Shown: one piece after another, positions 11,025-21,193 of the stretch
Position numbering within the stretch: the stretch's first letter is position 1
Layout of the letters: every line of letters begins with the position of its first letter
NCBI GenBank assembly: GCA_021818985.1
Contig: JAKASO010000002.1
Coordinates: 43,383 to 107,382 of the forward strand
Source of the DNA: a bacterium
GTDB lineage: Bacteria > SZUA-79 > Acidulodesulfobacterales > Acidulodesulfobacteraceae
Reading direction: 5' to 3'
Length of the DNA: 64,000 bases
The notes under the pieces: model-generated
Told to the model about the DNA's origin: nothing
What the model saw: the letters and a program-made list of their open reading frames with translations, nothing else
The model's database searches: none
Program-made: the position numbers and the translations under genes

Positions 11025-12464
11025 ATGACAATAAACTTTAAGCAAAGCGAAGAGATAATAGAAGAAGTCCTTAAAGTTTACCCGGAAAAACCCAAAAAGA
11101 ATAGAAAAGAACACTTCGGTGTAAACAAAAAAGAGGATTGCGGTTCATGTATCGCAAAATCAAATCTTAAATCCCTGCCGGGTGTAATGACGCCGCGAGG
11201 CTGCGCTTATGCCGGCTCAAAAGGCGTTGTATGGGGGGCGGTAAAAGACGTTATAAATATCAGCCACGGTCCGGTAGGCTGTGGCATATATAGTTGGGGG
11301 ACAAGAAGAAACTTAGCAAGCGGAGAGATCGGGATCGAAAACTTTGTACCGTTCCAATTTACGACCGATTTTAAAGAAAGAGATATAGTATTTGGCGGCG
11401 ATAAAAAATTAGAACAGGCGATTAAAGAATTAAAAGGGCTTTTTCCAACGGTAAAAGGGATAGTCGTCGAATCGGAATGCCCTATCGGACTTATCGGTGA
11501 CGACATCGAAGCTGTTGCCAAAAAAACCCAGGCCGAATTCAATATACCTGTAATTCCGGTTAGATGCGAAGGGTTCAGGGGTGTTAGCCAGTCTCTCGGG
11601 CATCATATAGCTAACGATTCCATAAGGGATTTTGTCGTTGGTAACGGTAAGCTTGACGAAAGCAAAAAGACAAAATACGATGTGGCGATTTTAGGTGATT
11701 ATAACATAGGCGGCGATATGTGGGCATCAAAAAAAGTTTTTGAAGAAATCGGTCTAAACGTGGTAGCTCACTGGAGCGGCGACGGTTCGATCGAGAAAAT
11801 GCAGATCACGCATGAGGTAAAATACTTACTTCTTCACTGCTACCGTTCCATGAACTATATAGCAAGGCATTTTGAAGAAAAATATGCAATTCCCTGGGTG
11901 GAATACAATTTCTTCGGCCCCACCAAGATAAAAGAAAGTCTTAGAAAGATAGCCGCTCTTTTTGATGAAAATATACAGCAACAAGCCGAAAAAGTTATTG
12001 CAAGGCACGAAAATGAAATGCAGGGCGTAATAGACAAATACAGGCCGCGTTTAGAGGGCAAAAAGGTAATGCTTTTAGTCGGGGGTTTAAGGCCCCGCCA
12101 TGTCGTCGGAGCTTATGAAGACCTTGGGATGGAAGTTGTTGCCGCGGCTTACGAGTTTGCCCATAGCGACGATTATGAACGGACGACAAAAGAACTTGAA
12201 GAAGGAGTTATTGTTACGGACGATATGAATGAATATGAATTTGTTGAACTTGCAAACAGGTTAAAGCCGGATCTGGTAGCTTCCGGAATAAAAGAAAAGT
12301 ATGTGTTTCAAAAAATGGGAATACCGTTCAGGCAGATGCATTCGTGGGACTACTCTGGTCCGTATCACGGATACGACGGATTTGAAATATTTGCAAAAGA
12401 TATGGATCTTGCGATAAATAGCCCTGTATGGAAATTTGTGAAGCCGGCATGGAAAAAGAATTAA
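11025..12464 (+). CDS. nifD: Nitrogenase MoFe protein alpha chain
   Basis: P-cluster Cys motifs ([26 protein letters not shown]). [12 protein letters not shown]. FeMoco ligands in HCYRSMNY and [13 protein letters not shown]. Confidence 0.95.
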   Translation: MTINFKQSEEIIEEVLKVYPEKPKKNRKEHFGVNKKEDCGSCIAKSNLKSLPGVMTPRGCAYAGSKGVVWGAVKDVINISHGPVGCGIYSWGTRRNLASGEIGIENFVPFQFTTDFKERDIVFGGDKKLEQAIKELKGLFPTVKGIVVESECPIGLIGDDIEAVAKKTQAEFNIPVIPVRCEGFRGVSQSLGHHIANDSIRDFVVGNGKLDESKKTKYDVAILGDYNIGGDMWASKKVFEEIGLNVVAHWSGDGSIEKMQITHEVKYLLLHCYRSMNYIARHFEEKYAIPWVEYNFFGPTKIKESLRKIAALFDENIQQQAEKVIARHENEMQGVIDKYRPRLEGKKVMLLVGGLRPRHVVGAYEDLGMEVVAAAYEFAHSDDYERTTKELEEGVIVTDDMNEYEFVELANRLKPDLVASGIKEKYVFQKMGIPFRQMHSWDYSGPYHGYDGFEIFAKDMDLAINSPVWKFVKPAWKKN

Positions 12465-12536
12465 AATTAAAAAGAGGAAAATAATATCAATTTAAGACAT
12501 TAATGGCAAAATAAACAGATCCGGAGGTTATTTAAG

Positions 12537-13967
12537 ATGGAAATAGATAAAGATAAAGAAGAAGTTAAAAAAATAAGAGAATGGATGAATACCGAAGAAT
12601 ACAAGGAATTAAATTTTAAAAGAAACGCAATTGTTATAAACCCTGAAAGAGCCTGTCAGCCTTTAGGAGCAGTCCTTTGCGCTGCCGGATTTGAAGATAC
12701 GATGCCTTTCGTACACGGTTCTCACGGGTGTGTGGCATATTATAGAAATAATCTGTCGCGGCATTTCAGGGAGCCAATGAACGCCGTATCGACATCTCTT
12801 ACGGAAGACGGAGCCGTTTTTGGCGGTCAGGCTAACGGATTTGAAGGGTTCAAGAACGCTTTAGCCCTTTATAAGCCAAAAATGTTCGCGATATCTACAA
12901 CATGCATGTCGGAAGTAATAGGCGACGATCTTGGCCAGATAGTAACTAATGCAAGGGAAAAAGGTTTCCTTCCCGAAAATATTCTTGCGCCTTATGCAAA
13001 TACGCCAAGCTTTATAGGCTCCCATCTGGAAGGTTACGATAATATGCTTGCGGCTATCATTGAAACCTTAGGCATTAAAACGGAAAACTTTAATGATACA
13101 ATAAATATAATTTTTGGCTTTGATACGACCATAGGCAATATTTATGAAATTAAAAGGCTTTTAAAAATAATGGGCGCACAATATCTTGTGCTTTCCGATT
13201 ATTCTAACGCCCTTGATTCGCCGCTTAACGGAGAGTATAAGTTTTATAATGAAAAATTAACCAAATTAGACGATACAAAAGCGTCGGTTAATAATAAAGC
13301 AAGCATCGCTCTTCAAAAGTTCAGCACCAAAAAGACCCTATCGGTTTTAGCCGATAAATTTCATCAAACGGTAAAGACGCTCAGAAGCCCCGTAGGGATA
13401 AAATATACCGATGAATTTTTAATGATGGTTTCCGAACTCACAGGCAAAACTATTACTAAAGAGATCGAAAATGAAAGGGGCAGGGCGGTAGATTCCATGA
13501 CAGATGCCCAGCAGTATATTCACGGTAAAAAATTTGCTATTTTCGGCGATCCCGATATGTTGACCGGACTTACCAGCTATTTACTCGAAATGGGGGGTAT
13601 TCCAAAATATGTTCTGTGTTCTAATGGGAACGAAGAGTTTAAAAAAGATATTGAGGCGTTGTTTATAGAGTATTCCGTAACTGAAGGCGAGGTTTATATA
13701 AATAAAGACTTATGGCATTTACGCTCGCTTGTAATGACGAATCCGGTGGATATGCTTATAGGCCCGAGTCATGGAAAGTTTCTGGCAAAGGATGCAAAAA
13801 TACCCCACGTAAGAATGGGCTATCCTATTTTTGACAGGGTCAATATCCACAGGTATCCATACTACGGCTATAACGGCGTTATTAATTTGACTACATGGAT
13901 AGTAAACAAGTTCATGGATATTCTTGACGATACCTGTGACGATGCGCATTTCGAGCTTTTAAGATAA
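12537..13967 (+). CDS. nifK: Nitrogenase MoFe protein beta chain
   Basis: ACQPLGAV, HGSHGCVAY and TTCMSEVIGDD motifs. It follows nifD directly with only 72 nt between them, so there is no room for a delta (G) subunit gene. Confidence 0.93.
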   Translation: MEIDKDKEEVKKIREWMNTEEYKELNFKRNAIVINPERACQPLGAVLCAAGFEDTMPFVHGSHGCVAYYRNNLSRHFREPMNAVSTSLTEDGAVFGGQANGFEGFKNALALYKPKMFAISTTCMSEVIGDDLGQIVTNAREKGFLPENILAPYANTPSFIGSHLEGYDNMLAAIIETLGIKTENFNDTINIIFGFDTTIGNIYEIKRLLKIMGAQYLVLSDYSNALDSPLNGEYKFYNEKLTKLDDTKASVNNKASIALQKFSTKKTLSVLADKFHQTVKTLRSPVGIKYTDEFLMMVSELTGKTITKEIENERGRAVDSMTDAQQYIHGKKFAIFGDPDMLTGLTSYLLEMGGIPKYVLCSNGNEEFKKDIEALFIEYSVTEGEVYINKDLWHLRSLVMTNPVDMLIGPSHGKFLAKDAKIPHVRMGYPIFDRVNIHRYPYYGYNGVINLTTWIVNKFMDILDDTCDDAHFELLR

Positions 13968-14021
13968 GGCGATTTATAAAATAAATAAAATAAATAAGCG
14001 GAAGCGATATAACGATATAAA

Positions 14022-15389
14022 ATGCGACTTAAAGTAAAAGATGAGCTTTTTGATGAGCCGTCTTGCGAACATAATATAAAGAAAAAAGAAAAAAAGGGGT
14101 GCAAAACCGCCTCCCCAGGTTCATCTTCCGGAGGGTGTGCATTTGACGGGGCATATATTGTTCTAAACCCGATCAAAGACGCCCTTCATATAGTTCACGG
14201 ACCGATAAATTGCCTTGGGGACAGCTATAATCAGAGGACTTCCGAGTCTTCCGGAAAAGACGTTTATTTTAAATTCGGGCTTGCTACTGCAATGAATGAA
14301 AACGATCTTGTTTTTGGTTCTGAAAATAAGCTAAAGGACGGAGTTATATTTGCTGTCAATAAATTTAAGCCGAAAGGCGTTTTTATTTATAATACCTGCG
14401 TTCCTGCATTAACCGGCGAAGATATAGAAGGCGTTGCAAAAGAACTGACATCCATGCTCGGCATTCCGGTTGTTCCTGTAATATCCCAAGGTTTTTCGGG
14501 GAGCAAGAATCTCGGCAACAAAATAGCGGGGGATGCGCTGTTCAATCATGTTATAGGCAAGAAAGAACCCGATATAGATATTTTAAGCGACTATAATATT
14601 AATTTAATAGGGGAATACAATATAAAAGGCGAACTGTTATATATCAAAAAGGCTTTAAGCGACAACGGTATAAACGTGCTTTCGACGATTACGGGCAACT
14701 CAAGGATGGAAGAGATAATGTATTCCCATAAGGCAGGGTTAAATGTCGTTATATGCTCCAAAGCCCTTGTATATCTTGCAAGAAAGATGAAAGAAAAGTA
14801 TGGTCTGCCTTTTATAGAAGAATCGTTTTTTGGTCTTAGCGCAACCAATACTTCTCTTATGCATATAGCTGAAAACTTTCACGACGATAAGCTTATAAAC
14901 AGGGTTAAAAAATATATAACGGCGAGAACAAAAAACACCCAGAACGAACTTGAGGTTTACAGAAGATTTTTATCCGGTAAAAAGGTCCTTCTTTATACCG
15001 GCGGGGTTAAAAGCTGGTCCTTGCTCTCTGCCTTGAACGATTTGGGCATGCATGTTGTTGCCACCGGAGTTAAAAAAAGCACCGAAGAGGATAAAGACCG
15101 GATAAAAGAGTTTGATAAAAACGGCAATGTCATTATGCTTGATAACGGCAACCCGGTCAATCTGATTAAAACTATAAAGGAAGAAAATATAGACATACTC
15201 CTTGCAGGAGGCAGAAATCAGTACACGGCGCTCAAATCGCTGATACCTTTCTTAGATGTCAATCAGGAAAGACTCTTTCCTTATACCTCTTATGAAGGGA
15301 TAGTAAATCTTGGAAAATTGATATATTTTGAACTGAAAAGCCCCTTGTTTGATTTTTTAAAATCCAATTTTTTGAAAAAGGCAAGTTGA
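14022..15389 (+). CDS. nifE: FeMo-cofactor scaffold protein NifE
   Basis: GGCAFDGAYIVLNPIKDALHIVHGPINC and NTCVPALTGEDI motifs. NifD paralogue located after nifK. Confidence 0.9.
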   Translation: MRLKVKDELFDEPSCEHNIKKKEKKGCKTASPGSSSGGCAFDGAYIVLNPIKDALHIVHGPINCLGDSYNQRTSESSGKDVYFKFGLATAMNENDLVFGSENKLKDGVIFAVNKFKPKGVFIYNTCVPALTGEDIEGVAKELTSMLGIPVVPVISQGFSGSKNLGNKIAGDALFNHVIGKKEPDIDILSDYNINLIGEYNIKGELLYIKKALSDNGINVLSTITGNSRMEEIMYSHKAGLNVVICSKALVYLARKMKEKYGLPFIEESFFGLSATNTSLMHIAENFHDDKLINRVKKYITARTKNTQNELEVYRRFLSGKKVLLYTGGVKSWSLLSALNDLGMHVVATGVKKSTEEDKDRIKEFDKNGNVIMLDNGNPVNLIKTIKEENIDILLAGGRNQYTALKSLIPFLDVNQERLFPYTSYEGIVNLGKLIYFELKSPLFDFLKSNFLKKAS

Positions 15390-15435
15390 TTTTTTAATCT
15401 TTTCTTTTGATCTTTTCTTTTTTTAAGGATAGGCT

Positions 15436-16785
15436 ATGAAACCGTCAAACCTGAAACCATTAGGGCTGAAACCATTGGAAATAAATCCTTTAAAAGCGAG
15501 TCCGCATCTCGGCGCTGCCCTTTTTTATCTGGGAATCAAAAACGCCGTAGTGCTGATGCACGGTTCGCAGGGTTGCGCCAGTTTTGATAAAGTTACGCTC
15601 ACCAAACATTTCAGGGAAAATATCCCTATTATGACGACAGCTCTTGATGAATCGGGCGCTATTTTAGGCGGCAGCGAGTTTTTAAAATCAGGTGTTAAAA
15701 ATATAATTGAAAAGATCAAACCTGAATTTATAGGAATAACCTCAACAGGATTAACCGAAGTAAACGGGGAAGATATTGGCTCAAGCATTAAAGAATTAAA
15801 GCAGGAGGTTGGTCAATTTCCGGGTGTGAATTTGGGATATGTCAGCGCTCCTGATTATGCCGGGGTAATGGAGGACGGATATAAAAATGCCATGCTATCT
15901 TTGATAAAAGACCTTGCAGAAAAAATGAGGAAGAATCTTATTGTATTAAAGGATAAAAATAGAGGGACTAACTTAAAGGTAAATGTTTTTTGCCCGTTTT
16001 CTTTTACTTCGATGGATTTTCTTGAACTGAGGGAAGTTTTTGAGTATTTTGGGATCTTTCCGGTAATGATACCCGATCTTGGCACTTCGCTTGACGGACA
16101 TCTTGATAAAAACGGGTATCTGCAGACAACTTCCGGGGGTGTGGAATTCAACGATATAGAAAGCATATTTTTTAACGATTGCAATATAGTTATAGGATGC
16201 AGTCTTTTTGGACTGGTAGAGCCTTTAAAAAACCTGACGGGACTTAAGACATACTACTTTTCAAATATAAGCGGGCTTAAAAATACGGACGCCTTTTTTG
16301 ATTTTCTTTCAAAACTTACTTTTGCTCCGGTGCCGGAAAAATATAAAAGGCAGAGAAATCAGCTTATGGATGCATATTTAGACTCTCATTTCTATTTTTT
16401 AGGTAAAAATATTGCAATGGCTCTGGGCATAGATCTCTTAGATGAGTTTTCCGCCGTGTTTAACGAGATAGACTGCGGTCTTAAAATAGGCATAACGACA
16501 AAGACGGATCAAAATATCAAAAAAAACATTAAAAATATGTTTGAAATTTTTGATGAGGGAGATATAGATCTTCTTGATGAATTAACTTTTGATACGGGCG
16601 GCATCGATCTTTTAATTTCAAATTCAAATGCCAAATATTATGCTGAAAAATTAGGCATACCGCTTTTTAAAGCAGGATTTCCGATAATTGACGAACTTGG
16701 GCATAATTTTAAACATTTTATCCTTTACAAGGGCAGCGCTAATTTGGCATACGAAGCCGGCAACAAGTTAATTAACGGTGTTTAA
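15436..16785 (+). CDS. nifN: FeMo-cofactor scaffold protein NifN
   Basis: NPLKASPHLGAALFYLGIKNAVVLMHGSQGCASF. NifK paralogue located after nifE. Confidence 0.85.
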   Translation: MKPSNLKPLGLKPLEINPLKASPHLGAALFYLGIKNAVVLMHGSQGCASFDKVTLTKHFRENIPIMTTALDESGAILGGSEFLKSGVKNIIEKIKPEFIGITSTGLTEVNGEDIGSSIKELKQEVGQFPGVNLGYVSAPDYAGVMEDGYKNAMLSLIKDLAEKMRKNLIVLKDKNRGTNLKVNVFCPFSFTSMDFLELREVFEYFGIFPVMIPDLGTSLDGHLDKNGYLQTTSGGVEFNDIESIFFNDCNIVIGCSLFGLVEPLKNLTGLKTYYFSNISGLKNTDAFFDFLSKLTFAPVPEKYKRQRNQLMDAYLDSHFYFLGKNIAMALGIDLLDEFSAVFNEIDCGLKIGITTKTDQNIKKNIKNMFEIFDEGDIDLLDELTFDTGGIDLLISNSNAKYYAEKLGIPLFKAGFPIIDELGHNFKHFILYKGSANLAYEAGNKLINGV

Positions 16786-16849
16786 TTTTATAAAGATATG
16801 GCGGGCTTGTTAAAAAGCAGTTAAAAAAAAGCGAAAGGTGGAGGTAAAA

Positions 16850-17242
16850 ATGAAAGTTGGATTTGCGACAACCGATAATATTTTAATCAACGATCATTTT
16901 GGATGGGCTAAAAATTTTGCAGTCTATAACGTTAGCGGCAAGGGTTTTGAATTTTTAGAATCCAGAACTTTTGAGGAGGAAGAAGACGAAAATGAAAAGG
17001 TCGAGCAAAAGATAAGCCGGTTAAAGGACCTGAAAATAATCTTTGTCGAAAGTATAGGCGGCATGGCAGCGGCTAAAGTTATTAAGTCGGGAATCCATCC
17101 GGTAAAGTCGAAAGAGGGCGAGAAGATTTTTTCCGTATTAGAAAATCTCCAGAGGGTTCTTTCCACGAACCCCCCTCCATGGCTTAAGAAGATAATCCTG
17201 AAAGAGGGGATGGAAAGTTCCGGCGATGGGTTCTGGCATTAA
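16850..17242 (+). CDS. nifX: NifX/NafY-family FeMo-cofactor-binding protein
   Basis: MKVGFATTD...DHFGWAKNFAVY N-terminus, typical of the dinitrogenase FeMoco biosynthesis domain. GGAGG lies 5 nt upstream of the ATG at 16850. Confidence 0.75.
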   Translation: MKVGFATTDNILINDHFGWAKNFAVYNVSGKGFEFLESRTFEEEEDENEKVEQKISRLKDLKIIFVESIGGMAAAKVIKSGIHPVKSKEGEKIFSVLENLQRVLSTNPPPWLKKIILKEGMESSGDGFWH

Positions 17243-17311
17243 TTTTGCATTACAATTAAATAAGTAACGGACAATAACCTGATATTAGATACTTAAGCAA
17301 TCAAAATCATT

Positions 17312-17911
17312 ATGGAAAGCGAAGGCAGGATAAATTTAGATATAAAGGTATTGGTCGTGGATGATTTAAAAAAACGCCGTGACGAAGTTAAAGCTATTTT
17401 AAGCGACATCACGACTAAGATATACGAAGCCGAAAACGGGCTTGAAGCTGTTATTGCTGCCGAAAAGTTAAAGCCGGATATCATATTTATGGATATAAAA
17501 ATGCCGGCGATGGACGGCATAGAGGCGTGTAAAAAAATAATGGAAACAAATCCCCTGCCGGTCATATTTTTAACAGCCGCAGTGGAAGACAATTATGATC
17601 ATTACATAGAAAGAGTAAAGTCTTCGGGGGCATTTTCGTATATCGTAAAGCCGCCCAAAAAAAGCGAAGTGCTTGCTCAAACCATTATTGCAATAGAAAA
17701 TTTTAAGCGTTTTTATAATATAAAAAAGGAGAATGAGGACTTAAAAAAATATATCGAAGACCGGAAGTTAATAGATAAAGCTAAGGCTATTCTTGTTGAA
17801 AAGGACAAAATTTCGGAAAAGGAGGCCCTTAGGCGGCTTCAAAGGTTAAGCATGAATAGCGGTGTGCCTATCGGGGACATTGCAAAGGCTATTATAATAA
17901 CAAGTTCGTAA
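17312..17911 (+). CDS. Response regulator with REC and ANTAR RNA-binding output domains
   Basis: REC domain: VLVVDD and phospho-acceptor context DIIFMDIKMPAMDG. C-terminal ANTAR-like helices: IDKAKAILVEKDKISEKEALRRLQRLSMNSGVPIGDIAKAII. Confidence 0.85.
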   Translation: MESEGRINLDIKVLVVDDLKKRRDEVKAILSDITTKIYEAENGLEAVIAAEKLKPDIIFMDIKMPAMDGIEACKKIMETNPLPVIFLTAAVEDNYDHYIERVKSSGAFSYIVKPPKKSEVLAQTIIAIENFKRFYNIKKENEDLKKYIEDRKLIDKAKAILVEKDKISEKEALRRLQRLSMNSGVPIGDIAKAIIITSS

Positions 17912-17959
17912 TTATAAATGATTATAAATGCGTCGTTAATTAATAAGGAGGCAAAAGTT

Positions 17960-18277
17960 ATGGAAATGGTAAGGGCGATAATCAGACCGGAAAAGGAAAA
18001 AGATGTTTTATGGGCGCTGGAACAGAATGGATTTGTTTCTGTTACTAAAATGCATGTTTTTGGAAGGGGAAAACAAAAAGGTATAAAAGTCGGAGATCTG
18101 GTTTATGATGAGCTTCCTAAATTAGAGCTTATGCTTGTCGTAGAAAAAAAGGACGCGAAAAAAGTTTGCGATATTATTCAAGAAAATGCGGTTACCGGAC
18201 ATATAGGGGACGGCAAGATATTTGTGCTGCCGGTAAATAACGTTTATACGGTGAGAACCGGAGCGGAGGGATTATAA
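17960..18277 (+). CDS. nifI1: PII-family nitrogenase regulator NifI1
   Basis: MEMVRAIIRPEK...GRGKQKG T-loop...GDGKIFV. AAGGAGG lies upstream of the ATG at 17960. Confidence 0.8.
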   Translation: MEMVRAIIRPEKEKDVLWALEQNGFVSVTKMHVFGRGKQKGIKVGDLVYDELPKLELMLVVEKKDAKKVCDIIQENAVTGHIGDGKIFVLPVNNVYTVRTGAEGL

Positions 18278-18283
18278 TACAAT

Positions 18284-18694
18284 ATGGAATCAAAATTTGA
18301 AGAAAATGTTGTAGAGGTCATAGCCGTTATACGAAGGCACAAGGTTCAGGAAACAAAAAATGCCCTTTCAAAAGGGGGATTTGATCAAATGACGTTTTAT
18401 TCGGTTCACGGCAGGGGTAAGCAAAAAGGTTATGGAGGACTTGCCAATGAGCTTGACCCGGGTCTTGACCTTATCAACGAAAAATCAAATACAGCCGCCG
18501 ATAACGACTATCACTTTTTGCCGAAAAGAATGATCTCTTTGATAATTCCGGAAATAAATGCAGCTAAAGCGGTAAAAATAATTATGGATATAAATAAAAC
18601 CGGATATTACGGGGACGGAAAGATATTTATTCTGCCGATAAGGCTTGTAGAAAGGATTAGAACCGCCGAAGAGGGAACATACGCCGTTAGTTAG
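18284..18694 (+). CDS. nifI2: PII-family nitrogenase regulator NifI2 (extended T-loop)
   Basis: VIAVIRRHKV...HGRGKQKGYGG followed by a long insertion, then GDGKIFILP. It is paired with nifI1. Confidence 0.8.
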   Translation: MESKFEENVVEVIAVIRRHKVQETKNALSKGGFDQMTFYSVHGRGKQKGYGGLANELDPGLDLINEKSNTAADNDYHFLPKRMISLIIPEINAAKAVKIIMDINKTGYYGDGKIFILPIRLVERIRTAEEGTYAVS

Positions 18695-19235
18695 ATTTAA
18701 AAGCAAAGGCCGATTCCAATGATAGCAGTTTGATTTTTAATGTATTTCCTTCCCCGCCGGAATATCCGCCTGTTGCACCATTTGACATAATGACCCTGTG
18801 GCACGGGATAACGATCGGCGTTTTGTTTGATGCAAGTACGGATGCGACGGCTCTTGAATATTTTTTGTCAAATCCTGCACAGGAAGTAAGATCCATGTAA
18901 CTCATTGTTGTGCCGCAGGGTATAAGCCGTGTTTTAATAAGAACCGTTTTTGCAAAATCGCTATAATACCGGAAATTTACCGGTATAAGGTCAAAGCTGG
19001 TTTGCTTTCCTGAAAAATAGTTGTCCAAAAGATCTAAAAGATCGTTCAAATAGCTAAAAGCAGGCCGCTCTTTATCTTGAGGGGATAATTTTAAATTAGA
19101 ATTTTTTAGTTTTTCACTAATGTATTTTGAAAATTGGAGATCTTTTTGTTCGATATCTATTTCTTCGATGAAATTTTCGGAACAAACGATAAACAGCTTG
19201 CAGATGCCGGCAGCAAATTCTGAACAATAAAGCAT
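18687..19235 (-). CDS. ogt: Methylated-DNA--protein-cysteine methyltransferase
   Basis: Active-site IPCHRVI motif. Start trimmed to the ATG at 19235 so that it does not overlap the upstream zinc-ribbon gene. Confidence 0.8.
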   Translation of the reverse strand: MLYCSEFAAGICKLFIVCSENFIEEIDIEQKDLQFSKYISEKLKNSNLKLSPQDKERPAFSYLNDLLDLLDNYFSGKQTSFDLIPVNFRYYSDFAKTVLIKTRLIPCGTTMSYMDLTSCAGFDKKYSRAVASVLASNKTPIVIPCHRVIMSNGATGGYSGGEGNTLKIKLLSLESAFAFKSN

Positions 19236-19255
19236 TGATGCCGTGGGTTTAGTGC

Positions 19256-19555
19256 TCAATTTTGAGTGCATTTTTCCGTTCCGGCAGCGCAGGCGCTGCA
19301 TGCCGGCATAGCATTTTCGGATGTTTTATTTTCCGCTGCTTTAGCCGGTTTTCCGGATCCTGCGGGTTTTATGCCGCTACTACCATAATCCGTTTTATAC
19401 CATCCTGAGCCTTTTAGAATGAAACTCGTGTTAGATATAAGTTTTTCCAATTTCCCGCCGCATTTTGGACAAAACTCCAGCGGGTTTTCGTTAATATTCT
19501 GAATAACCTCCGTTATATTACTGCATTTTGTGCATTTATACTCCCTTATTGGCAT
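19256..19555 (-). CDS. FmdB-family zinc-ribbon protein
   Basis: [11 protein letters not shown]...FCPKCGG CxxC pairs at the N-terminus. Confidence 0.75.
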   Translation of the reverse strand: MPIREYKCTKCSNITEVIQNINENPLEFCPKCGGKLEKLISNTSFILKGSGWYKTDYGSSGIKPAGSGKPAKAAENKTSENAMPACSACAAGTEKCTQN

Positions 19556-19682
19556 TTAAAACCTCCTTGAAAATTATAAGAATATAAAATTTATTGTCAT
19601 TATAACATAAAAATTATAATATGTTAAACAGGAGAAATTTTTGCATTGATAACATTGATAAATATTGACAAATAAAGGCATA

Positions 19683-20420
19683 ATGGCACCCTGTTCTTAC
19701 TGTCCAGGACTTGAAATTATCAATAGGCTCTTAATTATCTTCCGGGTGGAACATCATGCATCTTTATTTACTAAAGGATTTTACATAGTGTTTGATATAA
19801 AAAATATAGATTATTTTAGATCCTTAAACGAAGATATTATTAGTGAGGTCAAAAATCTTCTCAAGGAAGAAAATTATAGGCAGGGGGAAACGATTTTTTT
19901 GGAAGGGGAAAAAACCAAAGGCATATATTTTGTTAAAAAAGGCGCTATCAAGATATACAAATCTTCCAAAGAAGGCAAGGAGCAAATATTAAAATTAGTT
20001 TACGAAGGCGAATCATTTAACGATGTTACCGTGTTTAACGGTGATTTGAATCCTGCATCCGCCGATGCCGTTACCGATGCAGGCGTATTTATTTTAACTA
20101 AAGAAAATATCGTTCGTCTTATATATAAATATCCCGCTCTTTCCCTTAATATTATAAAAAGTTTGACGAATAAATTGAGGTATCTTACTGGTAGGATAGA
20201 AGATCTTTCGCTAAAGCATACGTTAGAAAGGATTGCCAAGATCATACTTCTTTTTGAAGGCCGGCAGTTAAGCCAAAAAATAATAGCCGACATAGCCGGA
20301 ACGGCAAGGGAGGTTGTTTCGAGGGCGCTTAAAGAACTTTCCTCGCAGAACTTGATTAAAATCGTCAAAAGAAAAATTGAAATAGTGGATAGAGAAAAAC
20401 TGAAGAAATTTATAGAATAG
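19683..20420 (+). CDS. Crp/Fnr-family transcriptional regulator
   Basis: cNMP-binding-like beta-roll (GETIFLEGEKTKGIYFVKKGAIKIY) and a C-terminal HTH (IADIAGTAREVVSRALKEL). The start is uncertain: ATG at 19683 or a downstream GTG. Confidence 0.8.
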   Translation: MAPCSYCPGLEIINRLLIIFRVEHHASLFTKGFYIVFDIKNIDYFRSLNEDIISEVKNLLKEENYRQGETIFLEGEKTKGIYFVKKGAIKIYKSSKEGKEQILKLVYEGESFNDVTVFNGDLNPASADAVTDAGVFILTKENIVRLIYKYPALSLNIIKSLTNKLRYLTGRIEDLSLKHTLERIAKIILLFEGRQLSQKIIADIAGTAREVVSRALKELSSQNLIKIVKRKIEIVDREKLKKFIE

Positions 20421-20501
20421 CCCGATGAATAAATAACCATGAAATAATGAAATAAATAACCATGAAGATTTATTCTTAGGTGTGCCTATTATAAATTAAA
20501 G

Positions 20502-21137
20502 ATGAGGATAATAAGTGGTTCGCTTAAAGGAAGGAAGATACCGGACGCATTTAAAGCTCAAGGGGTCAAGCCGTCTTCAGATCTGTTAAAGGGTGTTTTA
20601 TTTAATATACTGGGAAAAGATATAGAAGGAAAGGTTTTTTGCGATCTTTACGCGGGAACGGGAAATGTCGGTTTTGAAGCATTATCGAGAGGGGCATCGT
20701 TCTGTATATTCGTCGAACGCTCAAGATCTTTAGTATCAAGGATTAACCGGTTATCCAAAGAGTTCGGTGTTTCGGGCAGGACAAAAACGATAAGCGGGGA
20801 CGTTCTTAAAGTTGTAAGTAACGGCTTGCTTAAAGACCGTAAATGTGACATAATATTTTTGGATCCCCCCTATAATTTTAATTTGGCCGGAAAGACTGTA
20901 AATGCGCTTGCAAATAACGGTAATAATGATAATAACGACAAAAGCCGGCTTGGAGCCGTCGTTTTTTCGCAAACTAAAGGCTCCCCTAGCCCCGCGCTTG
21001 CGCAAGCTAAGAGCATAATTATTGTTCAACATCATAAAAAAGAAGCTTTAGATGCGCAGTATTCGAATTATTGCCTTGCGGATAGAAAGATACATGGTCG
21101 AACGGCATTGTCCATTTATAATTATAAAGCATCTTAA
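20502..21137 (+). CDS. rsmD: 16S rRNA (guanine966-N2)-methyltransferase RsmD-like
   Basis: RIISGSLKGRKI N-terminus, DLYAGTGNVGFEALSRGA, DPPY motif. Contains an N/D-rich insertion. Confidence 0.8.
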   Translation: MRIISGSLKGRKIPDAFKAQGVKPSSDLLKGVLFNILGKDIEGKVFCDLYAGTGNVGFEALSRGASFCIFVERSRSLVSRINRLSKEFGVSGRTKTISGDVLKVVSNGLLKDRKCDIIFLDPPYNFNLAGKTVNALANNGNNDNNDKSRLGAVVFSQTKGSPSPALAQAKSIIIVQHHKKEALDAQYSNYCLADRKIHGRTALSIYNYKAS

Positions 21138-21193
21138 AAAGCATTATAATATTTATTTATTTGTTTATTTATTTACGTTTCATCGCTTTAATT

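Noticed and set aside
11025-13967. Alternative (V/Fe-only) nitrogenase or a non-nitrogenase Nfl/Bch-like paralogue
   Set aside because: There is no vnfG/anfG-type ORF in the 72-nt nifD-nifK gap. NifD keeps the Cys and His FeMoco ligands and the P-cluster cysteines. A full nifENB-V set is present.
20428-20466. Short tandem or direct repeats as possible CRISPR or other arrays
   Set aside because: The repeats are AATAAATAACCATGAA x2 here, a 17-mer x2 at 51320-51355, a 13-mer x3-4 at 53361-53412 spanning the rpmE stop, and small duplications at 31020-31058 and 55430-55470. Each has only 2-4 copies with no unique spacers and no cas genes nearby. They look like slipped-strand duplications typical of AT-rich intergenic DNA.
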